Positions 49,564 through 59,604 of a stretch of DNA of 64,000 nt are shown here, one piece after another (position 1 is the first letter of the stretch; each line of letters starts with the position of its first letter). Position numbers and translations under genes: made by a program. The stretch lies in NCBI GenBank assembly GCA_977017575.1, contig CDRNVI010000083.1, forward strand, positions 62,001 through 126,000. The letters are read 5' to 3'. The notes beneath the pieces are model-generated. The model worked only from the letters and a program-made list of their open reading frames with translations. It was not told where the DNA came from and did no database searches. This stretch comes from Paramoeba atlantica (Eukaryota; Protista; Discosea).

Positions 49564-50610
49564 TTAGTTCTGAAAATGGACGCATGCCGGTTTCGTTTTG
49601 TATTTGATCCCCCCTGCGCTAATGTCCAGCAAATTCAAGCTTTGCGGCAGCCTCGAAAAGTCAACATCCCCCTTAAAATTATTTCGCGCAAGCCAGGCAG
49701 ACTCAAGGTTCTTAGGCAGTTGCGTGAGATCAATCATTCCCGAAAAATTGTTATCTTCAATATTCAACAGCTTCAGCGTTGGTGGAAGCTTCTCAAAATC
49801 TAGATTACCGAAAAACTTTCCTTTTGCTATTGAAAATACCTTCATAGATCTCGGCAGAAGGGAGAACTCTACTTTACCTTCAAGTCGAGCGTAAGTCCCA
49901 GTTTTCTCCGTCTCCCCATTTCCACTCAAAATTAATTGCGTCAGACTTTGGGGAAGATGTGAGAGACAAACAACACCGGAAAAGAAATTTACACCCAAAA
50001 AAGCTTTTAGCAATGTTGGAGGAAGCTGAGTAAGATCTACAAAACCGGAAAACTGGTTAAAACCTATGCTTAATATTTGAAGAGATCGCGGAAGACAAGT
50101 AAAATCCAAGGGTCCTTTAAAAGCGTTCTCCACAATATTAAATTCTATCATATTGCGTGGCAGTAATGCGAAGTCAACGGTACCATATAAATAATTTTTC
50201 CGATGGAGACAGCCCCTTAATGCGCTTCCCAAACGAAGTGTCCGAACCCGCGCTGGGAGATACTCCCACTCCAAGCTTCCGCTGAGTCCCATTGCGGACC
50301 AGTCTATCTCCAACCACGGTTCGTGGTGCTTCGCTTCCTTGTACGCCTTTGCATCTTTGCGACTGCCATGATACCGAAAAACAGTTTTCACGTTAGACCA
50401 GCGCTCTATTGGAGTGTCGACGTTCCATGAGATGTGTGACTTTTCGACATTGCTTAAAAAGCGGCAGAGCTGATGTTCAGGGGGCAGATTTCCCCTCACT
50501 TTAGCTGGTCGAATCTGTGCAGGGTCACAAAAGAAAGCTACCAAGCAACAAAAAGCCATTATAAATAAATTTAGTAGTAAAGAGTGAAAAAGTACGAATC
50601 GAAAATCCAA
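49564..50610 (-). CDS. LRR family protein (start may be 50559)
   Basis: RPAKVRGNLPPEHQL leader, about eight repeats. Confidence 0.88.
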   Translation of the reverse strand: MDFRFVLFHSLLLNLFIMAFCCLVAFFCDPAQIRPAKVRGNLPPEHQLCRFLSNVEKSHISWNVDTPIERWSNVKTVFRYHGSRKDAKAYKEAKHHEPWLEIDWSAMGLSGSLEWEYLPARVRTLRLGSALRGCLHRKNYLYGTVDFALLPRNMIEFNIVENAFKGPLDFTCLPRSLQILSIGFNQFSGFVDLTQLPPTLLKAFLGVNFFSGVVCLSHLPQSLTQLILSGNGETEKTGTYARLEGKVEFSLLPRSMKVFSIAKGKFFGNLDFEKLPPTLKLLNIEDNNFSGMIDLTQLPKNLESAWLARNNFKGDVDFSRLPQSLNLLDISAGGIKYKTKPACVHFQN

Positions 50611-51078
50611 TCGCTAAATAGAGGGGGTGCTAAATAGTAAATAGGGGGAACGGTAATATTAGAACAGTTTCCCGCTTCTATTTCTAAAAACAAGAGAATT
50701 GGCATTAGCAAAGTCTGTAAAACTACTTTAAAAATCATGTAAAGAAACTTGTGATTTCTTGTGCAGATGATCTTAGCATTGTTGAAAGAATGTCTAAACA
50801 TATAGAAAAAGCGCTAAACAGCTGATTTAGCTTGTTACTAGAGAACACATTAGAAAATCTCCTGCGGCCTCCAACTGTAACGCGACACGCGTTCAAACTT
50901 TTGAAAAATAGATTCCAAGGATTTGACACCCTCAAAAAACATCCTTTCGAATGTATGTACAGAGAAAAAACTAAGTAAAAAATGTGTGCACAAACTTTAG
51001 CAAACCAGCTTTAGTAGGACAGTACACACAATCACACACAGTACAACGAACTCTGAGGAAAAATATCCAAGAATTGTG

Positions 51079-51681
51079 TTAGATTAAGATAATACCAGTT
51101 TGTTGCACTCGCAATCGGAGAAATGGACGCAGTTTTGAGTGACGAATCCTGCCAACAAGACTAGGATTGTTTTCAAGATATAAAATACTGAGTCTTTTTG
51201 GTAAGTTTTGAAGCAATAATTCCCCCTCGAAGCAATTTTTTGAGAGGTCGATCTGTGATAGAGACCGTGGGAGCTTTCGCAAGTCGACTTTCCCCGTTAA
51301 TTTGTTCACCTGAAGGTAAAGGCACTGCAAAGTTGAGGACAAACTCTCCCAATTCACCTCACCACTGAGTAAGTTGTTCTCAAGATAAATGTACCTTAGT
51401 GTACGAGGCAGATAGTCCCACTCAAGAGATCCTCGCAGTTTCATATTCGACCACGCTAAAAAGGTAACATGGCTACGTGCATCGCAGTCCACCCCCTTCC
51501 ACTCACATGCAGGCACTCCCGCATTCCACGATGTATCTGGATGCTCGATCTTTTGTATGAAGAACGAAAGTTCATGCTGCTGAGGCAATGCGGCGCGGTT
51601 AACGCGACCCGCGCGAGTAGAGGTTGTCACAGAGTCTGTGGCTAGCAAAGCCAACATATCGTAAAAATTTGATGTACGCAA
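51079..51681 (-). CDS. LRR family protein
   Basis: AGRVNRAALPQQHEL leader, CEWKGVDCD cap; the 5' end abuts the Tc1 TIR. Confidence 0.85.
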   Translation of the reverse strand: MRTSNFYDMLALLATDSVTTSTRAGRVNRAALPQQHELSFFIQKIEHPDTSWNAGVPACEWKGVDCDARSHVTFLAWSNMKLRGSLEWDYLPRTLRYIYLENNLLSGEVNWESLSSTLQCLYLQVNKLTGKVDLRKLPRSLSQIDLSKNCFEGELLLQNLPKRLSILYLENNPSLVGRIRHSKLRPFLRLRVQQTGIILI

Positions 51682-52734
51682 CGTATGAGCTGATTGAATG
51701 AACCATAATGTAAAGAGGGGTGCGGATATAATTTTTTTTCACTTTTTTGCCTTTCAATCTTATACACTCCTTAAGGCGTGAGTCAGAGCTTAAGACCGTT
51801 TTATTGATCACGTTTTGAGACAAGCGAGACCACGCTTTGCGTACACATCGGATGAGTGAAGGCTTATCCCATGGGGTCTGTTCGTCCACCGCCCCTTGGG
51901 CCATAGACCAGACGTTTTCTATTAGGGAAAGATCTGGTGAGTTGGGGGGCCAATTTTTCAGAAGTTCACTCATTGCGCTTTCAACGTACTCCTTTGAGGC
52001 ACGAGCAGTGTGTGCCGTTGCCCCATCTTGCTGAAAAATACGATTAGGGGGGAGATCCACCTCTTTTAATGTTTCTATGTACGTCTCACTTGTAATAGAT
52101 GTGTCATTTTGTAGAATTACCAAGTACCTCCACCCCACCCCTACAGCTCCCCAAACCTGGCATCTTGGTGCCCAACGTACTTTTTGACGCGGGGCTGCTT
52201 TTTGACCGCACCTTACCCACATTTTTCTTCTGTTATCGTTCGTATCAAATATTTTTTCGTCTGTAAAGATAACACGGGCAGTATCCATATTGTAATTCAA
52301 CGCAAATTGAACTCTTTTTACCTTTCGTCGTTCGGTAAGCCCTTGGCATAGCGGCCGAGCGGCATAACTGTAATCCAGGGATGATAAGTCTCTCTGTACA
52401 GCTCTTTTTGAAACTTGAATATTTTTTTTGTTTAATTGGGCTGTTATGCGCCTTGATGAATTGAATCTCGGTACTCCAGCGGGGTCGAGAGGGGTTATTA
52501 TCTTCTCAATTTTCGTTTTGCGAGTTTTCATTATTTTTTTTTGGGCTCAGGACTCAGAGTGTATACTGGGGTAGTTTTTTTTTCGTTCAAATATTTTTTA
52601 ACTATCCTTCTAGAAACGTTGAAATCACGGGCTAGCTCTTTTATTGGTACTCCTTGTCCATGCCTCATCTTTAAAAGAACCTTTCCACTAGGAGTAAGCC
52701 CCCCTCTTGGGAGTCAATATGGTGATTTTGGCAT
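51599..52734 (-). pseudogene. Tc1-like transposase, disabled
   Basis: VIFTDEK, FQQDGATAHTA, WPPNSPDLSLIENVW (35 residues between D and E); N-terminal HTH GVPIKELARDFNVSRRIVKKYL lies in another frame across an A9 run near 52535; TGA near the start. Confidence 0.9.
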
Positions 52735-52763
52735 TTTTGGAAAAAAAGTTAAAAAATCAAATA

Positions 52764-54318
52764 GTGTGCCCCCCCACTTATAGTGCCGCGGTTTTCGACC
52801 AAACGGCACTATAAGTGGGGGGGTAGTATGTTTCAGGTCGAGGATCAAAATTTTTCCCCTTCAAAAAAAAAAGCGCGACGCTTCGCGGCGCAATTCTTTC
52901 TATCATGTGGTTTTGAGTGCCTAAGCGCTGTAAATGGAGTTTCTACTCCACTGCTGCGGTATGATGGATAATCGGGTGATGGGTGTTAAGGGGAAAAGAG
53001 AGGACAATAATGCGCAAGACAAGATGTCTGGTTGGGTAATGTGTGGCAGAGCACGGTGAAAGAATTCCATGAAGTACTCAACTCAGTTCTAGAGATTCGA
53101 AAGAAAAAATTACAAACTGTGAGCCCAAACCGATGCTTGCATTCAAAATAACATTCATTGCTTTTCTACATAAATTAATCAACGAAAAATATTTGAAATG
53201 CCTTATTATAAAATTTATTAAGGCCTTATCATAACCACATTATTTTATTTTTCTTTTTTTATTAACGACCGCCCACTTTATAGTCGCTTCTTGGGTCTTT
53301 TTTTTCTGCTGAACGGTCGTGCCCTCGAGCCGAACAGTTGGGGCTTTAATATAACATATCAATCCTATGGATACCAAGATTCCTTTGCAGTTTTCCGACT
53401 AATGACTGGAGTATCACTGGAGAAGAGGTTCATCTATAAATTATTTACAACGTGCAATGCACAGTCGTTGTCTCCAGGAGCTTGTTGCACGCAATCAACA
53501 TATGTGACCTGTAGTCCATGATATCGTTCGTGCGATAATTTTAAGGTTTCCACAAAGCGATTTAAGTTGTCCATTGCTGCACGAGGAGCGTGTTGTTTTA
53601 AGCTGTCAAAGACTAGAAGGGTGTTGGAAGAGACCCGAACAAGTACGAAGTGAACTTCGTAATACAAGCATGCGTACAACTCCGTCACAGGAGCGAGTTC
53701 AGGGACAGTCCCAAAAACCCAGTCTCCAAACCCAATAAGTGCCTGTGTTTGCCACACAATGCACAGTGCGACCTTTACACCCGTTTGCGTCGAATTGTAT
53801 TTCTCGACTACTCGGTTGCATAAAATATCGAGAAGTCCACATGGAATAAGAGAGCCCCGGCGGCGAATAGCATTCCATCGATCCCCTTTGTAGGAAGTCC
53901 TCGTTTGTTCAGTTGATGGCAGAGCATCTACATCAATCTTAAATGACTTGCATAGTCAAACACACTCTAGAGGTCCTAGGTGTGCTCATGGGAAGAGAAT
54001 CAAGTGTGTTGGGGGGAGGACGGCTGACCACCGGGGGAACAATTCTCGGCGCTGGCGGAATAACCGTAAACCAGCGCCCCAAAGGACCTGAAATCGCCGA
54101 TCCACGAGTGTACGCTTTGTCTAGCGTCTCGTTCTCGTTCGAATCGACAGTCATTGAAAGGATGAAGGGAACTATTAATAAAGTTTCAGTGATTTCCATA
54201 AATGAAAATATTAGAAATTTACGCTATATTTACTCTACATTTTTGGTCAAATAAATTGGTCAATTTTTTCGGACAATTTGTTTTCTTCTAAACGGCACTA
54301 TAAGTGGGGGGGGGCACA
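52764..54318. mobile_element. 1555-bp TA-flanked TIR element carrying a protease-like frame
   Basis: TA|GTGTGCCCCCCCACTTATAGTGCCG...CGGCACTATAAGTGGGGGGGGCACAG|TA; extra inverted TIR core at ~52805-52826. Confidence 0.85.
53434..54199 (-). pseudogene. Ulp1/C48 SUMO-protease-like gene, frameshifted near 53950
   Basis: EVHFVLVRV...VFDSL...QQAPGDNDCALHV gives the His-Asp-Gln-Cys order of C48 peptidases; that frame is open from ~53955. Confidence 0.65.
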
Positions 54319-54942
54319 GTATAATTTTTTACTGAATTTTAAAGTTTTAAAATGAGCTAAAAACAGCGGGAACGTACAGATCTCAAAATTTTGAACGACA
54401 ACTTGGTATGAAACCCCCCCACGACGCGCAAACTCTTTGTATTGAGATCTATAAAATGCAACAAAAATTAGCTCAAACAAGCGAAGTATTGAGATTTTGG
54501 AGCGGGGTGCCTTATTTTGGCCAGGGGTTTATATCCGCCCCCCTTTAAGCTACTCTGCATTATCGCCAGAATCGTTATATGAAATTATTTCCACATTTCT
54601 AAGTTAGCAATGCGAACTTGCTATAACTCCACTATAAATTAGCCTCCTCTAATAACTATTTGCCGTGGTTGTATAACAGTTATACAATAGTTGTACTATG
54701 ACTACATAGTACATACCTATACCTACATTGCTCTACATACCCCTGCCACGGGTTTTGCGTCAAAGATAATCTTAATTAAAAAGAACCCCAATTAAAAATA
54801 ACCGTAGTATAATCCGCCCGTACAGATGAAGACATGTACAAGGGGGTGTGTAAACTTGTTCTTCGCCAACAGAGGAACCACACAGAGGAAGAGATGTGAG
54901 GTACTGAATTGCATATTTTTCAAGACTAAGTGGCAAGTACGC

Positions 54943-55698
54943 TCACGAAACCAGCCATCCACCCATGACCATGTAGCCTAATGCTGTCAAAGCTGAAACA
55001 AAATCCCAGTCATTAACCATGTCTGCATTACTCATTAAGTTTCTGACGCTTAAGTCTTCGGGAAATAGTATGATATCATTTCCATGCAAATGCAAAAAGC
55101 TTAAGGAATTAGGTATATTAGATGCGTCGGCAACACCATTAAAATAATTCCATGACAAATTTATCAGTTCCATGCCTTCAGGTAAAGATGAAAGACAAAT
55201 TCTCCCACCAAATGAGTTGAAGTGAGCATAAAGTTTTCGCATATTTGGCGGGAGACTTGTTAGGTCAAGTATTCCATAAAATCTATTATAGGAAATGTCC
55301 AAGATTTCCATTTCGATGGGTAACAATGCGGTATCAAACGGACCCGAGATACCTTGTTGAGAGATTCGAAAGAATTGAACATTTTCGGGAAGATACTCCC
55401 AAGTAAAATTACCAGAAAGCACAATTTCGTGCTCTTGAACTCTGCGCCAATCAATAGAATTGCCTTCTCTTCGTATGCCGCGCCACTGTGACAACGGAAC
55501 CCGTGCATCCCATGAGGGTTCATCGTGAACGATATTACGCAAAAATTGCGTCAAGGCTTTCTCAGGCATAGAGGCATGCCTGAATTGGCTCCGTCGCAAA
55601 TCGCGTCTCTGCATATTCTCCATATGAAAAAAATTAATCTGTTTGCAAAAAAAAACATTTATGATCCGGATCATCTTATGAATTTTGCAAAAAAACAA
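54943..55698 (-). CDS. LRR family protein (divergent leader)
   Basis: QWRGIRR cap, LDLTSLPPNMRKLYAHFNSFGG repeats. Confidence 0.82.
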   Translation of the reverse strand: MFFCKIHKMIRIINVFFCKQINFFHMENMQRRDLRRSQFRHASMPEKALTQFLRNIVHDEPSWDARVPLSQWRGIRREGNSIDWRRVQEHEIVLSGNFTWEYLPENVQFFRISQQGISGPFDTALLPIEMEILDISYNRFYGILDLTSLPPNMRKLYAHFNSFGGRICLSSLPEGMELINLSWNYFNGVADASNIPNSLSFLHLHGNDIILFPEDLSVRNLMSNADMVNDWDFVSALTALGYMVMGGWLVS

Positions 55699-56273
55699 AA
55701 CAAAAAGAGTTTAAAGAAAGTGTCGCTCAAAATGTCTCAGGGGGATATGCAAAGCTCCAAAAGGCACCATGATGAACCTTAAGCTACCTGTACGAGTATT
55801 TGCCTGCTGAATCTACTAAGATCGATAATCGAAAAAAGAAAAAGGGGAAGTAAAAATTAAATTCCCTTTTCGAGATTTTTAGTTTCGTTTATTTTTGATC
55901 AGGGGAGTAACCTGGAACAGGGTTTGATAGAGCGTTGGAAAACTCTTACATAATTGTACATAATTGTATGTCTTTCTACATCTTTTAGAAACAATTGGAA
56001 ATACAGATGAGATGTTGCGGGTGATCCAAAAGATGCCACACGAGATTACACCCAAAGCTCCTCAAATGCCGAAATTATAATTTCACAACAAACAAAAGGA
56101 ACCAAAATGATACTTCGTTTTTGGACACACCGAATAGGAATTATCACCCCTGTAAGTTTTTTATCCCAAGTACAAAGAAAAGCATTATTTTCCTAATAAA
56201 AAACCTTTTAAATTTTTATCTTACTGCTCTTAGCTATTTTTCGACGGATTCAAGAGTTTGAACGAAGTGAACT

Positions 56274-56921
56274 TCAGGGAGTAACGTTTATCTTAGTACC
56301 ATACCAATTTTTTGTTGATAAGGACTTGGGCAGTTTCGAAAGCTTTACATCACCTTCCAAATTGTTGTTGTTATTTACAAACAAGTGCGTAATCTTGTCA
56401 GGAAGCTGCGAAACGTCCACAATACCTCCCAGATCGTTATATTGCAAAGAGAGGTACCGAAGAGTGTCTGGCAGGCTATTCAAGTCTATTTTTCCGGAGA
56501 ACTGGTTATATCCCAAATAACACCCGACTAAGCCTTCGGGCAGACTATCCAATCGCACCGCGCCGCATAAATCATTTTTTTGAAGTCCCAGGCGTACCAA
56601 TGTGCGAGGCAAATGCTTCCACCGCAGTGAACCTACCAGTGCGCGATTATCCCAAGAGATGTCGACAACTTCGCCGTCCTTGTTGCATCGAACCCCATTC
56701 CACTCACACGCCGGAGTTTCGGTGTTCCAGCTCGGGTGGGGATTTTTTATGTCTTCTATAAACATCGCGAGCTCGAATTCTTGAGGCAAGTGGGCTCCGT
56801 GAACTTTACCGATGCGGTGCGCGGACTCCATGGAATCCGACGAGCGAATGTGAATGAACAGATACCGGAAGGCAGACATAACTAAAAATAGCAAAAAAAT
56901 TAAAGAATACCGCGGAAACAT
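56274..56921 (-). CDS. LRR family protein
   Basis: RIGKVHGAHLPQEFEL leader, CEWNGVRCN cap. Confidence 0.88.
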   Translation of the reverse strand: MFPRYSLIFLLFLVMSAFRYLFIHIRSSDSMESAHRIGKVHGAHLPQEFELAMFIEDIKNPHPSWNTETPACEWNGVRCNKDGEVVDISWDNRALVGSLRWKHLPRTLVRLGLQKNDLCGAVRLDSLPEGLVGCYLGYNQFSGKIDLNSLPDTLRYLSLQYNDLGGIVDVSQLPDKITHLFVNNNNNLEGDVKLSKLPKSLSTKNWYGTKINVTP

Positions 56922-56941
56922 TAATTAAGAAGGGCGGACTA

Positions 56942-57644
56942 TGGTGAAAATGTACCCTAAAAAACAACTTTTTGAAAAAACATTCTAACAAAAAACAAAT
57001 GTGATTCGGCATTATTCTAAGATATTCTAAGACACTTTGCGACAGTTTTCCCTGGTATACGCAATAAAATTCATCGATGCCCTGTAAGATCATCAGTGGT
57101 AATCTCAGATTTCAAATGAACCGGTTGATCTTCGTCGACACGAAGTTCCCTCACTAAACAAGATAAATGGATTACCTCATTCGCATGCTGAGACTATGTG
57201 GAACGTTAAAAATTAACGCAGGTTTCATAATATCGGAGTGCATCTGAAAAAAGCGGCGACATTTGCTGAGTAATGAGTCGCCAAATACGCAATTTGGTGA
57301 CTAGGCAGGATTTAGAGAGGAAAAAGGCCAAAACTTGGGAACCTTTAAATGGCATTTTATACCGTCTTCAAGCCTCTTGAAACGTTTGTTTTTACGTGGT
57401 ATCTCGCCACAAATAATACGGGGTGTATTCGCCCACAAAAGTGTTTCTAAAGACATATAGGCACATTTTCTTCCGTTTTTCGCAAGATTGAGCTGAGAAA
57501 CACCAAGAATGAAAACATTATGCCCCCCCAGACGATTCATAGAGAGAAGAGGGGATTCGAAACGTGGACAAAAATGGGTGAAAAGTCAATAGAATAACCG
57601 AATTTGATCAATGAAATTCAAAAAATTGAGGTACATTTTCACCA
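56942..57644. mobile_element. TA-flanked MITE with 15-bp TIR TGGTGAAAATGTACC; partial inverted copy at 63046-63209
   Basis: TA at 56940-41 and 57645-46. Confidence 0.65.
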
Positions 57645-57762
57645 TAGAATACCCATTAAGAATTATACTAATTAAAGGAAAATGATTCTCTGAAACCATA
57701 AACTCGCCACAAACACGGAAGATTATTCGCCCACGAACCAATGGAGACTGTGCAGCTAACCG

Positions 57763-57831
57763 GTGCCATCTCGTGCCGTCTTGTGCCAATTCATGCCAAC
57801 TCATGCCAATTCGTGCCAATTCATGCCAACC
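57763..57831. repeat. 10-bp tandem TGCCAATTCA; second array at ~59128-59180
   Basis: Read directly. Confidence 0.9.
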
Positions 57832-58254
57832 AGAACTGGGAATAATGAGACATTTTTTAGGGATACAGAAATCACATGCATTTTTTCATACCCTGTACCT
57901 CAATGCCCCCTCCACGGAATATCCATAATAATTAGGCCTTGGTGACATCGCGCGGGCCCTCACTATATCATTTTCTTAATAAGTACGTAAGTAATGAGTG
58001 CTCATAATTGTAACGATCTTTTGTTGCTACGTAACGCTCTTATCAACTTGTAAGAAACGGGGTAAACTATATACACTGTATATATACACTATATACACTG
58101 TATATATATATACTCAAATGTATTTCATCATAACTTGCTAAAGGACTAACGAAGGGGACGTCCGCAACCGCCCCATTCGCCAGTCTCCTTCGAGGACAGT
58201 TCAATGCCACCGGACAGTACAATGACAAGCTTCATTTCGGGAGTCATGCGAGGC

Positions 58255-58830
58255 AACCGAGGGCAAAGTGGACGAGGGAGATACCAAAAGTTTAGCTGCG
58301 GCAGTTTCCAAAGGAAAAACGGCATCTCCACCGTTTTAGGCGCTTGCCTTCATGCCATAAGGGAGATACCGTTTTTCCTTTGGAAACTGCCGCGCCTAAA
58401 CTTTTGGTATCTCCCTCGTCCACTTTGCCCTGGGTTACATAGGAAAAAAATGTTCCCTAGGACTCCATACAGCTTCCCACGCGAGGAAGTCGTCGTCTCT
58501 GCGGCAAAAAGGCAGAAGGCTCCGCCTTCTGCCTTTTGCCTTGCGCCTCCTCCTTCCTCTACGGTCTTGTGTATCCCAAACTTCAAGTTGCAAAAAGCAT
58601 ACGTGGGAAATTGGGGTTTGCAAATCGCTTCCGAAGGAGGGGGTCTCGAGTCGTCCAAAAGGTGCGTTTTTCTTTCCTAAAATTCTTTTTTCCTTATGGT
58701 GCTGCCTTTGGTTCTTTGCGAAAAAAACCTTTTCCGGAAAAACTTTTTTCGGGCCAAATTTCGGGCGAAATTTCGGGCCAAATTTTATTAGTACTGGGTA
58801 GCGAGGGAGTAGTATCTCCCTCAATAAGGT
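58255..58830. repeat. Family B repeat (hairpin 58255-58436 plus body), inverted relative to 38950-39392
   Basis: Same hairpin arms; short palindrome GAGGGAGTAGTATCTCCCTC at the far end. Confidence 0.85.
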
Positions 58831-59000
58831 AGTTATTTGTTCTTTGGTTATCGGGCGCGCCTGTCGCAGCGGTATCGACGCGCCGGGCCGGACCAGCGTC
58901 TTTGCTAGCAACTCCGAATGGGTTGCCGGTCTTTGCGCTTTTGTTAGCACTGAAATGAGGTGCTTCAAGTAGGTGTGTTTGGTCTGCATTGTCACCTGCA
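58830..59000 (-). pseudogene. Possible tyrosine-recombinase N-terminal fragment (TATE/VIPER/DIRS-like)
   Basis: TYLKHLISVL...LVRPGASIPLRQARPITKEQI resembles the GAxxPxxQAxPxT segment preceding YR catalytic domains; cut by the family B repeat. Confidence 0.45.
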
Positions 59001-59604
59001 GTCCCGAGATAAACGACACCACGTTGTCGTCCTTTAGATGACTTTTAACGAATATACATTTGTAACTAAACTTTGTAGAACGCACCGAAAAAAGATTTAA
59101 ATTGGCTGATAAAACAAAAACATGGCTACTCATGCCAACTTATGCCAATTCATGCCAACTTGTGCCAATTCATGCCAACCAAGACTTGCACAGTGTCCAA
59201 TGTTGCAAAAAATTCTTCGAAACGCAAGGAAACACATACTGCAAGTGATCCAATGCCTAAAAAGGACAGCTCCCGTTCTGTAGAGCCCGGCGAGGAATCG
59301 TCTGATGAAATTTCTACTTTATCCCTGAATAAGCCAGAAATCGGTAAAGAAAAAAGTTGTAAGAGGTCAAGAGAATTTGACAAAGTTGGGGACACTAAGA
59401 GAAAGGAGTCCTCCAAGAGAAAGAAGCCGTCACGAGTTTTGAAACAGTAGTATTTTTAATCGATTTTTAATCGATCTATTTGGGTTGGATCTATTGGATC
59501 TTATTGGATCCTATTGGATTCTATTAGATCTTATTGGACAGTCGGATTTACTGTCAACGAAGTGGCAGCCAATTGGTTGACCCGTCAACGAAGTAGAGAC
59601 ATAG

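Larger units (their letters stand above)
51713..54545 (-). mobile_element. Tc1-like DD35E transposon (~1.28 kb after removing the nested 52764-54318 element)
   Basis: TA|AAGAGGGGTGCGGATATAA and TTATATCCGCCCCCCTT|TA imperfect TIRs. Confidence 0.7.

Noticed and set aside
50649-50671. AACGGTAATATTAGAACAGTTTC, 21/23 similar to part of the T. brucei spliced leader
   Set aside because: Lacks the TGTAC..TTG|GT end, is AT-rich, and its first bases look like a MITE terminus (..GGGAACGG|TA); probably chance
3974-53436. Stop-codon reassignment (Blastocrithidia-like), prompted by in-frame TAA at 4388 and 37687, TGA at 33137 and TAG at 53434
   Set aside because: UTP14, PFK2, UTP25, COPG and the 1036-aa LRR are long frames with no internal stops even in their AT-rich parts; the stops cluster in TE cargo and LRR relics that also have frameshifts
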